Positions 11,780 to 23,647 of a stretch of DNA of 64,000 bases are shown here, piece by piece. Numbering within the stretch: position 1 is the stretch's first letter; each line of letters begins with the position of its first letter. A model generated the notes under the pieces. The model worked only from the letters and a program-made list of their open reading frames with translations. It was not told where the DNA came from and searched no databases. Made by a program: the position numbers and the translations under genes. Source of the stretch: Squalus acanthias (lineage: Eukaryota); NCBI GenBank assembly GCA_030390025.1, contig JASTWF010000034.1:1612001-1676000 (forward strand). Direction: 5' to 3'.

Positions 11780-12366
11780 GACTCAATCAAGGAATTTAAT
11801 TCCCAGGGCCGCCTAGTTTACATTGCTCTCAGCTCAATCCAGGAATTTCATTCCCAGGGCTGCCTAGATTACACTGCTCCCAACTCAATGCAGGAATTTC
11901 ACACCCAGGGTAACCTAGATTACACTGTTCCTGCCTCAGTCCAGGAATTTCACTCCCAGGGCTGCCTGGATTACACTGCTCCTACCTCAATCCAGGAATT
12001 TCATTCCCACGGCTGCCGAGATTAAACTGCTCCCACCTCAATTCAGGAATTTCACTCCGAGGGACACCTAGATTACACTGTTCCTGCCTCAGTCCAGGAA
12101 TTTCACTCCCAGGGCCGCCTAGATTACACTGCTCCCAGCTCTGTCCAGGAATTTCATTGCCAGGGCTGCCTGGATTACACTGCTCCTACCTCAATCCAGG
12201 AATTTCATTCCCACGGCTGCCGAGATTAAACTGCTCCCACCTCAATTCAGGAATTTCACTCCCAGGGCCGCCTAGATTACACTGTTCCTGCCTCAGTCGA
12301 GGAATTTCACTCCCAGGGCCGCCTAGATTACACGGCTCCCGCCTCAGTCCAGGAATTTCATCCCCA
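11780..12366. repeat. 51-bp minisatellite, about 11-12 copies
   Basis: Unit CCAGGAATTTCACTCCCAGGGCTGCCTAGATTACACTGCTCCTACCTCAAT; CCAGGAATT occurs at 11941 and 11992. Confidence 0.95.
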
Positions 12367-12609
12367 GTTCACTTCTCTATTGCCTGAAACTAGAACAAGA
12401 ATAAGAACAACATACTTATAACGAGTGATCTTCCCCAGACAAACATGTCATGGTGTTTGACCGAGGTGAAGTAAATTTAAAAGGAACAGAGATACCAAGG
12501 AATCAAAGGAAAACATTAAAACTATTAACCAATGAGATAAATACCCTGCAAGCACCTAATACTCCATGAAACGCTCTGGAAACATTGAATTATCGCATAG
12601 TCATACTCA

Positions 12610-12980
12610 CAGAAACATTACTATCTGTCAACATTCCCAAATCCTCCATCTCCATCCCAGGCTGTGTCCTATTTCACTGGCAGCACAGGCCCAAAAGAGG
12701 TGGGGGCACAGGGGTATACAGTCGCGTGTGTGAGTTCCTGCGAGTCCTCAACTTTGCCTAAGGACATAATGAATTCTCCTGGCTTCCAGTCAGACATGGG
12801 CAAGGTAACCTCCTGCAGATTACCAAATATCGCCCTCCCTCAGCTGATGAATTAGCACATCTTAATGATGAACACCAGTTGATGGGAGCACCGAGAGCAG
12901 AAAGGGCACAAATTATACTCTTGGTCGGGAGGGGGAATCGTCAATGTCCATCACCAAAAGTGGCTCGGAAGTACCATCAT
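12610..12980 (+). mobile_element. Degenerate LINE endonuclease fragment (second LINE family)
   Basis: Residual HGQGNLLQITKYRPPSADE and NVHHQKWLGST motifs. Confidence 0.6.
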
Positions 12981-13675
12981 TAATAAAAAGGGAGAAAATA
13001 TAAAGAGAGATAAATAGCAAGAAATATAAAACCAGATATTAAGAGTCTGTACAAGTATGTAAAAAGGAAAAGAGTAGCAAAATTAAACATTGGTATCTTG
13101 GAGGCTGAGAAAGTAGAAATTATGGGGAATAAGGCAATTGTAGAAATGTTAAACAAATATTTTGTATCTGTCTTCAAAGTAGAAGACACAAAATGCATAT
13201 CAAAAATGATGGGAACCAAAGGTCTAATGAGGGTGAGGAACTAAATGTAATTGTTATAAGCAGAGACAATGTACAAGAGAAATTAATGGGACTGAGAGTC
13301 GACAAATCCCCTGGACCTGCCGGCCTACATTCTAGGGTTCTAAAAGAGGTGGCTGAAGAGTTAGTGAATGCGTTGGTTTTGATCTTTCAAAATTCCCTAG
13401 ATTCTAGAATGGTTCCAGCGGATTGGAAGGTCGCAAAGGAGGGAGAGAAAACACAGGGAACTACAGGCCAGATAGCCTGACATCAATCATCGGGAAAATG
13501 CTGGAATCCATTGTTAAAGAAGTGGCATCAAGTCACTTAGAAAATCATTACATGATTAGGCAGAGTCAACATGGTTTTATGAAAGGAAAATCGTGTTTGA
13601 CAAATTTATTAGAGTTTTTGGAGGATGTAACTAACAGGATAGATAAAGGGGAACCAGTGGATGTAGTATATGTTC
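12980..13675 (+). mobile_element. CR1 ORF2 fragment
   Basis: DKSPGP..RVLKEVA, NYRP, QSQHGFMKGKSCLTNL. Confidence 0.9.
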
Positions 13676-13694
13676 TTGTTAGAGCAGAGAAGCT

Positions 13695-15912
13695 TAAGAA
13701 ACATAGAGTTATACAATCCTAGAAATTTATGGCACAGAAGGAATTTATTTCGGCCCATCGAGTCTGTGCTGGTCGCAAAAGAGCGATCCACCCCAATCCC
13801 ACTTTCCAGCTCTTGGTCCGTAGTCCTGTAGGTTGAGGCACTTGAAGTGCACATCCAAGTACTTTTTAAATGTGATGAGGGTTTCTGCCTAAACCACCCT
13901 TTCCGGCAGTGAGTTTCAGAGCCCCACCGCCCTCTGGGTGAAAAAGTTCGCCTTATCTCCCCTCTAATGCTTCTACCAATTATTTTAAATCTATGCCCCC
14001 TGATTATTAACCTCTCTGCGAAGGGAAATAGGTCCTTCCTATCCACTCTATCCAGGCCCTTCATAATTGTGTAGACCTCAATTAAATCTCCCCTCAACCT
14101 GCTCTGTTCCAAAGAAAAGAACCCCAGCCTGTCCATAGCTAAAGTTCCCCAGTCCTGGCAACAAAATCATAAATCTCCTCTGTACCCTCTCTAGTGCAAC
14201 TACATCTTTCCTGCAATATGATGACCAGACTGTACACAGTACTGTAGCTGTGGTTAAACTAGTGTTTTATACCGTTCTAGCATAACCTCCCTGTTCTTAT
14301 AATCTATACCTCGGCTAATAAATCAAAGTATCCTGTATGCCTTCTGAACCAACTTATCTAATTGTCCTGATATCTTCAGGGATCTGTGGACATGGACACC
14401 AATGTCCCTCTGTTGCTCTACATTTCTCATTCTCCCCTACCATTTATTGTGTACCCCTTGCCTTGTTAGCCCTCCCCAAATGCATTATCTCTCACATCTC
14501 CGGATTGAATTCCATTTGCCAATTTTCTGCTCACCAGACCAGTCCATTGATATCTTCCTGCAGTCTACAGCTTTCTTCTTCATTATCAACCACACGGCTA
14601 ATTTTGTATCATCTGCAAACTTTTTAATCGTGGCTCCAACACGGAAGTCTAAATCATTGATATATACCGCAAAAAGGGTGCGAGTACTGTGGTCTGCGGA
14701 AGCTCACTGAAAACAGCCTTCCAGTCACAAAAACATCAGTCGACCATTACCCTTTGCTTCCTAACACTGAGCCAATTTTGGATCCAACTTGCCCTTTGAT
14801 GCCATGGGCTTTTACTTTTTTGACCAACCTGTCATTTGGGATCGTGTTGAAGGCTTTGCTAACATCTATGTGAACTACATCAAATGCACTACCCTCATCG
14901 ACCCTCCTCATTACGTTCTCATAAAATTCAATCAAGTTACTCATGCACGGCCTTCCCTTAAAAAATCCATGCTGTCTGTCCTTGATTAATCCGTCACTTT
15001 CTAAATGTCGATTTATATTGGTAATCAGACATTTTCCAATTATTTTTTTAACACCGAGGATAGGCTGACTGGCCTGTAATTATTCGGTCTATCCCTTTCT
15101 CCCTTTTTAAACACCGGTACAACGTTAGCTGTCCTCCAGTCCTCTTGACCATGTCAGCAGCCAGAGAGGATTGGAAAATGATGGTCTGAGCCTCCGCTAT
15201 TTCCTTCTTTGCCTCTCTTAAAAGCCTGGGATACATTTCATCCAGCCCTCGCGATTTAGCTACTTTCAACGATGCCGAACTCCTTAATGTTTCCTCTCAC
15301 TAAGTTTATCTCATCTAATATTTCACACTCCTCCTCCTTAAATACAATTTCTGCATCATCCCTCTCTGCTGTGAAGAAAGACACAAAGTATTTATTTAGA
15401 TCCATACCCACGTCTTCCGCCTCCACACTCTGGTTACATTTTTGGTCTTTAATAGGCCCAATCCTTCCTTAGTTATCCTCTTGGTCTTTATGTATTTATA
15501 AAATATCTTTGTTTTGCTTGATTTTAGTTGCCAATATTTTTGATGCCCTCGCTGTGCTCTAATTTCCTTTTTTTTTAATCCACCTCTGCACTTTCTATAC
15601 TCCTCTCGGCTTTCTGTCGTGTTGAGCTCTCAGTATCTGTCAAAAGCTTCCCTTTTTTGCCTTATCCTACCCTGTATGTTCCTTGACATCCAAGGGGCTC
15701 TAGGTTTGGGAAAACCTTCCTTTATTATTTTTCGGAACATATTTGCTCTGAAGCATGACTATCTCCTCTTTGGCTGTCTCCTGACTCTGATTTCCCTTCA
15801 AGAAGCTGTTTCCAATCCACTTTTGTAAAATCACATCTCAGCTTAGTAACATTGGCCTTTCCCCAAATGAGAACTTTTACACCTGGTCTATCTTTGTCCT
15901 TTTCCATAAGGG
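13695..15912 (-). mobile_element. CR1 LINE ORF2 plus 3' end, degenerate
   Basis: ORFs 13609-14136 (RLRGDLIEVY), 14747-14944, 15048-15269 and 15725-15940. Confidence 0.9.
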
Positions 15913-16870
15913 GAGATTCAATAAAGATTTTGGAAATCATGCTGGGTTTTGATAGAGTAAGTCAGTTTCCAGTGGCAGAATGGTGGGTACCAGGGGGCAC
16001 AGATTTAAGGTAATTGGCAAAAGAACCAGAGGAGAGATGAGGAGAATTTATCTTTACGCAGTGTGTTGTTTTGATCTGGAATGCACTGACTCAGAATGTG
16101 GTGGAAGCAGATTCAATAGTAATTTTCGAAAGGGAATGGGATAATTAGTTGAAGGGGTAGATTTACAGGGCTCTGGCTAAAGAGCAGGACTATTTAGATA
16201 GCTCTTTCAAAGAGACGGCATAGAAACATAGAAACATAGAAAATAGGTGCAGGAGTAGACCATTCGGTCCTTCGAGCCTGCACCGCCATTCAATGCGTTC
16301 ATGGCTGAACATGCTACCTCAGTACCCCATTCCTGCTTTCTTGCCATACCCCTTGATCCCCCTAGTTGTGAGTATTATATCTAACTCACTTTTGAATATA
16401 TTTAGCGAACTGGCCTCAACAACCTTCTGTGGTAGAGAATTCCACAGATTCACTACTCTCTGGGTGAAGAAGTTCCTCCTCATCTCAGTCTTAAATGGCT
16501 TCCCCTTTATTCTTAGACTGTGACCCCTGGTTTTAGTTTTCCCTAACATTGGAAACATTCTGCCCGCATCTAATTTGTCTAAACCAGTCAGGATTTTAAA
16601 CGTCTGTATAAGATCCACCCTCATTCTTCTGAACTCCAGAGGATACAAGTGGACACGATGGGCCGAATGCTCTCCTCCTCTGCTGTGCCATTCTATGATT
16701 CTTTGAGCAAGAGAAAGAAGGAGAAAGAAAGAGACAAATAATAACAATGATAGAAAGACTGGGAGAGTTACAGAGGTAAATACATTTACTTTAAAATAGG
16801 AATTGGTTAAACACTTGAAGGGGAACAATTTGCAGGACTATGGGAAAAGAGCAGGGATTGGAACTAATTG
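15913..16870. mobile_element. Cluster of CR1 3'-end fragments in both orientations
   Basis: Plus-strand pieces at about 15913-16220 and 16645-16870. Minus-strand 3' end at 16220-16640 with a (TAGAAACA)n tail and MRRNFFTQRVVNLWNSLP. Confidence 0.85.
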
Positions 16871-16874
16871 TAGT

Positions 16875-17365
16875 GGTGAGGCCATGGTGGAATTTGATCT
16901 TAAGGATGAGAATATTAAAATAGAGTTGTTGCCAGATCGGGAGCAAATGTTGTTCAGTGAGCACAGGGGAGATGGATGAACGGGATATGATGCGAGTTAG
17001 GATATGGGCAGCAGAGTTTTGAATGAGCTCTCGTTTATGCAGGCTTCTAACTGGGAGGCCGGTTAGGGGAGCATTGGAATAGTCGAGTCTGAATTTAACA
17101 AAGGCACGGATGAGGGGTTATGCAGCGGAAGGGCTGAGGCGGGGCGGAGATCGGTGAAATTTTGGAGATGTTAGTAGGCAGGACTGGTGATTCAGAAGAT
17201 ATGACTTCGGAAATCAGCTCAGGGACAGAGAGATCGCAGAGGTTGCAAACAGCCTGGTACAGCCTCAGACATTGACCAGGGAGGGGGACTGAATCGGTAG
17301 ATAGAGAATGGAGTTTGTAACGAGGACCGAAGACAATGGCTTTGCTCTTCCCAAGATTGAAATGA
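16875..17365 (-). mobile_element. L2 LINE RT fragment
   Basis: GKSKAIVFGPRYKLHSL-like translation, similar to 24410-24545 (FLQLNIVKTDSIVFGSRHKL). Confidence 0.7.
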
Positions 17366-17424
17366 CAAAGAGTAATACAGTGAAACGTGGTTTACAGATC
17401 CAATTTCTGGATATAGAGACTTAC

Positions 17425-17647
17425 CAGGAACACCAACAGCAGCAAGGAGGGGATAGTACAAGTGTTGAATAAGCTGAAGTGCCAACTCTATCCGTCTGTC
17501 TAACGATAGATAATCATAATAAAATGGAAGAAAGTCAAACAGCGAGCTGAAACTCCTGCCCATTGTTGTAGCATTCCAATCAACTGTTCTCAGATTCCGA
17601 TCCATTGTTGTAACATTCCAATCTACTGTCCTCAGATTCCGATCCAT
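17425..17647 (-). CDS. First coding exon of a GPR139/GPR142-like GPCR (copy 2) with repeat-extended N-terminus
   Basis: 74 codons + 1 nt: MDRNLRTVDWNVTTMDRNLRTVDWNATTMGRSF...LIQHLYYPLLAAVGVP, then consensus donor G|GTAAGT. Alternative in-frame ATGs at 17605 and 17563. Confidence 0.75.
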
Positions 17648-17685
17648 TGTTGTAACATTCCAATCTACTGGTCTCAGATTCCGAC
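17561..17685 (-). repeat. 42-bp (2x21) repeat, about 3 copies, mostly within the exon-1 coding sequence
   Basis: ATGGATCGGAATCTGAGGACAGTAGATTGGAATGTTACAACA units; ATGs are spaced 42 bp apart. Confidence 0.9.
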
Positions 17686-17769
17686 TTCCTCTCTGTGGAG
17701 CAGCGCGCTGATCCCTGTTAGTGCCGGAGGTGATGCCCTCACTGACACTATGGATAACACATTGAAAGG

Positions 17770-17923
17770 AGTCCCTTATTAATAGAAGAGGGAAACCCTG
17801 CACTGATACAATTAGGGTCCATGGAGACTGACATTAATTACAGTCACTAAACAAACAACTTCAGTTAACCCGTGGAGACTGACATTAATTACAGTCACTG
17901 AACAAACAGATTCAGTTAACCCC
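17770..17923 (-). promoter_or_regulatory. Putative promoter of GPCR exon 1, copy 2, with a 51-bp tandem duplication
   Basis: TATA-like CTATTAATAAG. TGGAGACTGACATTAATTACAGTCACT.AACAAACA occurs at 17822 and 17873. Homologous to 8040-8142. Confidence 0.6.
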
Positions 17924-17964
17924 TTTCAATCCAACATTTTTTGTACCACAGTGAAGCAGAACAT

Positions 17965-18540
17965 TTCCCCGGTCCGGATGGGATGTATGAGGGTTGCTGA
18001 GGGAAGGAATGGTGGAAATCGCGCAGGCTCTGGCCAGAATCTTTCAATCCTCCTTGGATATGGGAGTGGTGCCAGAGCACTGGAGGGTTGCAAATGTTAC
18101 ACCCTGTTGAAAAAAGGTGAGAGGGATAAACCCTGTAACTGCAGGCCAGTCAGCCTAACCCTCAGTGGTGGGGAAACTTCTAGAGGCCATATTCCCGGAG
18201 AAAACTATCTGGCTTTGAACAAATCATGGATTAATAAATGACAACCAGCACAGATATGTTAACAGCAAAGTGTGTCTGACAAACTTGATTGAGTTCTGTG
18301 ATGAAGTAACGCAGAGGGTTGATGAGGGTAGTGCGGTTGATGTTGTGTAAGTGGATTTTAAAAATGCATTTGATAAAGTGCCATTGAATAGACTTGGTAG
18401 GACCAAAGGGATAGTGGCAGTGGGGATCTGACATTGGCTAAGGGACAGAAAGCAAATATTCGTGGTGAACGGTTGTTATTCAGACTGGAGGGAAGTGTAC
18501 AGTTGTGCCCCCCAGGGGTCGCTATTCGGACAACAGCTCT

Positions 18541-18577
<37 letters not shown>

Positions 18578-18680
18578 GGGCATAATTTGAACGTTTGCAG
18601 ATGACACGAAACTCGCAAATGTAGTAAACACTGAGCGGGATAGTAGTCGGCTTCAGGAGGATAGAGACAGGCTGCTGAAA
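17965..18680 (+). mobile_element. CR1 RT fragment with an internal (TA)n at about 18545-18571
   Basis: CRPVSLT, KVCLTNLIEF and DFKNAFDKV-like remnants. Confidence 0.85.
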
Positions 18681-18681
18681 T

Positions 18682-20010
18682 GAGCAAAGTGATGAAAGGT
18701 GTCATCGACAGTGCTATTAACTGGCACTTACTCACCAATAACCTGCTCACCGATGCTCAGTTTGAGTTCCGCCAGGACCACTTGTCTCCAGAACTCATTA
18801 CAGCCTTGGTCCAAACATGGACAAAGGAGCTGAATTCCAGAGGTGAGGTGAGAGTGACTGCCCTTGACATCAAGGCAGCATTTGACAGAGTGTGGCTTCA
18901 AGGAGCCCTAGTAAAATTGAAGTCAATGGGAAGCACGGGGATAACTATCCACTGGCTCGAGTCATACCTAGCACAAAGGAAGATGGTTGTGGTTTTTGGA
19001 GGTCAATCATCACAGCCCCAGTACATCGCTGCATGAGTTCCTCAGGCCAGTGACCTCGGCACAACCATCTTCAGCTACTTCATCAATAACCTCCCTCCAT
19101 CATATGGTCATAAGTGGGGATGTTCGCTGATGATTGCTCAGTGTTCAGGTCCATTCGCAACTCCTCAGATAATGAAGCAGTTCATGTACGCATGTAGTAA
19201 GACCTGGATGACATTCAGGCTTGGGCTGATAAGTGGCAAGTTACAATCATCCACACAAGTGCGAAGCAATGACTTTCTCCAACAAGAGTCACATCCACTT
19301 GACATTAAATGGGAATACCATCGCCACCATCAATATCCTGGGGGTTACTATTGACCAGAACCTTAACTGGACCAACCACATAGATACAGTGGCTAAAAGA
19401 GCAGGTCAAGGCTGGGTATTCTGTGGCGAGTGTGTCACCGCCTGACTCCCAAAAGCCTTTCCACAATCTACAAGGCACAAGTCAGGAGTGTGATGGAATA
19501 CTCTCACTTGCCTGGAGGAGTGCAGCTCCAACACACTCAAGATGCTCGACATCATCCAGGACAAAACAGCCCACTTGATTGGTACCCCATCCACCATCTT
19601 AAACATTCACTCCCTCCACTACTGGCGTACCGTGACTGCAATGTTTACCATCTACAAGATGCACTGCAGCAACTCGCCAAGGCTTCTTCGGCAGCACCAC
19701 CCAAACCCGCGGCCTCTTCCACCTAGAAGGACAAGGGTAGCAGGAGCATGGGAACACCTTCACCTGTAAGTTCCCCTCCAAGTCACGCACCATCCTGACT
19801 TGGAAGTATATCGGCTTTCCTTCATTGTCGCTGGGTCACAATCTTGGAACTCCCTCCGTAACAGCACAGTGGGAGCACCTTCACCTCACGGACTGCAGCG
19901 GTTCAAGAAGTCGGCTCACCACCTCCTTCTCAAGGGCAACTAGGGATGGGCAATAAATGCTGGCCGTGCCAGCGATGGCCACATCCCATGAATGAATAAA
20001 AAAGAAAAAC
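18682..20010 (+). mobile_element. LINE of a second CR1/L2-group family: RT to 3' end
   Basis: ALDIKAAFDRVW, MFADD, YKAQVRSVMEYS. 3' end ...GGGCAATAAATGCTGGCC...CACATCCCATGAATGAATAAAAAA. Confidence 0.85.
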
Positions 20011-20029
20011 AAAATAGATGACAGGTGAA

Positions 20030-21478
20030 ATTCCATAAATTCCATAGATTCTAAAACGGTTCCCGCGGATTGGAATGTAGCAAATGTAACCACAGTATTT
20101 AAGAAAGGAGGGAGAGAGAAAACCGGGAACTACAGACCAGTTATCCTGACATCAGTAGTAGGGAAAATACTAGAATATATTATTAAGGATGTGGTAACAG
20201 GGCACTTAGTAAATTATAATAGGATTGGGCAGAGTCAACACAGATTTATGAAGGGATATTGTGTTTGACGAATCTGTTAGAGTTGGGGGAGCCTGTAGAT
20301 GTGGTGGATTTTGATTTTCAGAAGGCATTCGATAAGGTGCCACACAAGAGGTTATTAAACAAAATTAGACCTCATGTGATTGGGGGTAATATTAGCATGG
20401 TTTGAGGATTGGTTAACGGACAGAAAACAGAGAGTAGCAATAAACGGGTCATTTTCGGATTGGCAGGCTGTAACTAGTGGGGCACTGCAAGGATCAGTGC
20501 TTGTAGCTCAGCTATTCACAGTCTATATCAATGATTTGGATGAGGGGACCAAATGTAATATATCCAAGTTTGCTGATGATACAAAGCTGGGTGGGAATGT
20601 AAGTTGTGAGGAGGATGCAAGGAGGCTTCAAGGAGATACAGACAGGCTAAGTGAGTGGGCAAGAACATGGCAAATGGAATATAATGTGGAGAAATGTGAA
20701 GTTAGGAAAAATAGAAAAGCAGATTATTTATAAACGGTAAGAGATTGGGAAATGTTGGTGTTCAGAGGGACCTGGGTGTCCTTGTACATGAATCACTGAA
20801 AGTTAACATGCAGTTACAGCAAGCAATTGGGAAAGCAAATGGTATGTTGGCCTTTATTAAGAGGATTTGAGTATAAGAGTAAAGATGTCGTACTGCAATT
20901 ATATAGGGCCCTGGTAAGACCACACCTGGAGTATTGTGTACAATTTTGGTCTCCTTACCTAAGGAAGGATATACTTGCCAAAGAGGGAGTGCAACGAATG
21001 TTCACCAGACTGGTTCCTGGGATGGGGGGATTGTCCTATGAGAACAGATTGAGTAGACGAGGCCTATATTCTCTCGAGTTTAGAAGAATGAGAGGTGATC
21101 TCATTGAAACATACAACATTCTTACAAGGCTCGACAGGGTAGATGCAGGGAGGATGTTTCCCCTGGCCTGAGAGTCTAGAACCAGAGGTCACAGTCTCAG
21201 AATAAGGGATCGGCCAGTTAGGTCTGAGATGAGGAGAAATTTCTTCACTCAGAGGGTGGTGAATCTTTGGAATTATCTACCCAAGACGGCTGTGGACGCT
21301 CAGTCATTGAGTATATTCAAGACAGAGCTCGATAGATTTTTGGATATTAAGGGAATCAAGTGATTTAGGGAAGTTCAGGAAAGTGGAGTTGAGGTAGAAG
21401 ATCAGCTATGATCTTATTGAATGGCAGAGCTGGCTCGATGGGCCAAATGGCCTACTCCTGCTCCTATTTCTCATGTTC
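20030..21478 (+). mobile_element. CR1 RT plus 3' tail
   Basis: ORFs 20380-20733 (KFADD) and 20827-21171; tail GGCCAAATGGCCTACTCCTGCTCC. Confidence 0.95.
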
Positions 21479-21489
21479 CAATGCTCTAA

Positions 21490-21690
21490 CTCTCACTATC
21501 TACCCGTCTTTCTCTTTCTCTGTATCTCTCTGCCGCTCTCCGCATCTTTGTCTGTCTCTCTCTGTCTGTTGCTCTCCCCCGTCTGCTGTATTTCTCTCTG
21601 TTTCTATCTCTGTCTGCCCAATCTCTTTGTTTGTCTTCCTCTCTCTTTGTCTCTGACTGTCTCTCTCTCTACCTCTGCCCTCTCTATCAC
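21490..21690. repeat. CT-rich low-complexity tract
   Basis: (CT)/(CTGT)-rich composition. Confidence 0.85.
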
Positions 21691-21739
21691 TGCAATGACC
21701 CTCTTAATGACCCTCTCAATGTCCCTCCCAATGTATCGC

Positions 21740-21995
21740 TGATTTTAATCGCTCCACCATTGGTGGCCGTACCTTCAGCTGCTTGGGCCGAAGCTATGGC
21801 ATTTCTTCCCAAACCTCTCTCTCCTCCTTCAAGACGCTCCTGAAAACCTACCTCTATGACCAAGCTTTTGATTATCTGCCCTAATATCTCCTTATGTGGC
21901 TCGATGTCAAATGTTGTTTGATAACAGTACTGTGAAGCGTCTTTGGACATTTTACTACGTTAAAGGCCCGATATAAATACAAGTTGTTGTTGTTG
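21740..21995 (+). mobile_element. L2 LINE 3' end
   Basis: TTTAATCGCTCCACCATTGGTGG..AAAACCTACCTC..ATAAATACAAGTTGTTGTTG; homologous to 28137-28318. Confidence 0.75.
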
Positions 21996-22737
21996 AGTAT
22001 TGCTTATATCCAATTTAAAAATTAACAGTAATCTTTACTCCCCTGTTTATTGGTTATCAAGGCCAAGAGAACAAGTAACTTTAAATTTATTCCCCTGTGT
22101 ATTTTGACCAAGCCCAATATAACAATAAATTCAACAGTATTATCCTTTGTATTGATTATCAATCCCGATTTCACAAATAATTGTAAATTTTTTCCCTTGT
22201 GAATTCTTTATCATTTCCATTTTAACAATTAACTGTAATTTTGGACTCCAAGCACACGTTAACACAACCAATTTAACAATTAACTAATTTTATGAGACAG
22301 TTTAATAATTAGTCAATTGATCAATTAACTACCTTTATTCCTCTGAGTAATAGTTATTTTTTTCCAAATTTAACAACAAATGTAGCTTTGTACCCTGCGC
22401 ACTCGTTACAAACCACATTTAACGATTAACTAATTTTATTAGCGTGCGTGCTTTTTATATTCAATTCGACAGTTAACTAACTTTATTCCACTGTGTAGTA
22501 GTTATCACGCCCAATTTACCAATTAACTGCAACAGTTTTACCCTGTGTATTGGTTATCATACCCAATTTAACAATTAACTGTAACTGTTTTACCCTGTGT
22601 ATTGGTTATCATACCCAATTTAACAATTAACTGTAACTGTTTTACCCTGTGTATTGGTTATCATACCCAATTTAACAATTAACTGTAACTGTTCAAGTTA
22701 ACAATTAACGGTAAGTATATTCCCCTGTGTACTGGTC
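21996..22737. repeat. AT-rich ~52-bp tandem repeat, degenerate, with three near-perfect copies at 22536-22692
   Basis: Unit TTTTACCCTGTGTATTGGTTATCATACCCAATTTAACAATTAACTGTAACTG; CCCTG at 22541, 22593 and 22645. Confidence 0.9.
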
Positions 22738-23175
22738 ATCAAGGGTATGGGGAGAGAGCGGGAATATGGTATTGAGAGAGAGGATGAGCCATGATCATAT
22801 TGAATGGTGGAGCCGGCTCGAATGGCATTCTCTTGCTCCTATTTATTTATATGTTTCTTTCAAGCCCAATTTACCAATCTTTGGAGCTTTATTTCACTGT
22901 GTATTAGTTATAATCGAGAGCCAGCACAGATTTGTTAAGGGCAAATCGTGTTTGACTAACCTGATTGAGATTTTTGATGAGGTAACAGAGAGGGTGGATG
23001 AGGTCTGTGCAGTTTATGTTGTGCATACGGACTTTTAAAAGCCGCTTGAGAAAGTTACACATATTAGGCTTGTTAATAAAATTCAAGCCTGTGGGATAAA
23101 AGGGGCAGTAGCAGCATGGATACAAAATTGGCTCAGTTACAGAAAACAAGGAATTGTGGTGAATGGCTGGCGTCG
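22738..23175 (+). mobile_element. CR1 3' tail fragment and CR1 RT fragment
   Basis: GAGCCATGATCATATTGAATGG tail; ESQHRFVKGKSCLTNLIE. Confidence 0.85.
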
Positions 23176-23645
23176 GGCTGGAGGGAGGTTTTCAGAGCTG
23201 TTACCCAGGATTCAGTACTGCGGGCTGGGGAAAGGTATACAGAGCTGTTCCCCAGGGTTCAGTACTGGGGGCTGGGGAAAGGTATACAATGGAGTTCCCC
23301 AGGGTTCAGTACTGCGGGCTGGGGAAAGGTATACAGAGCTGTTCCCCAGGGTTCAGTACTGGGGGCTGGGGAAAGGTATACAATGGAGTTCCCCAGGGTT
23401 CAGTACTGGGGGCTGGGGAAAGGTATACAGTGGAGTTCCCCAGGGTTCAGTACTGGGGGCTGGAGGGAGGTATACAGTGGAGTTCCCCAGGGTTCAGTAC
23501 TGGGGTCTGGAGGGAGGTATACAGTGGAGTTCCCCAGGGTTCAGTACTGCGGGCTGGAGGGAGCTATACAGTAGAGTTCCCCAGGGTTCAGTACTGGGGG
23601 CTGGAGGGAGGTATACAGTGGATTTCCCCAGGGTTCAGAACTGAG
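23175..23645 (+). repeat. 47-bp minisatellite derived from the CR1 RT GVPQGSVLG motif, about 10 copies
   Basis: Unit GGAGTTCCCCAGGGTTCAGTACTGGGGGCTGGAGGGAGGTATACAGT. Further degenerate copies at about 23970-24040. Confidence 0.95.
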
Positions 23646-23647
23646 GG

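Noticed and set aside
11732..12387. ORFs with 17-aa repeats (IQEFHSQGCLDYTAP)
   Set aside because: Translation of the minisatellite; interrupted by TAA variants and without splice or homology support.
17219..17803. 194-aa ORF as a single-exon gene
   Set aside because: Only 17425-17647 looks coding. The rest reads through a consensus donor into intron and L2 sequence, and upstream into the promoter.
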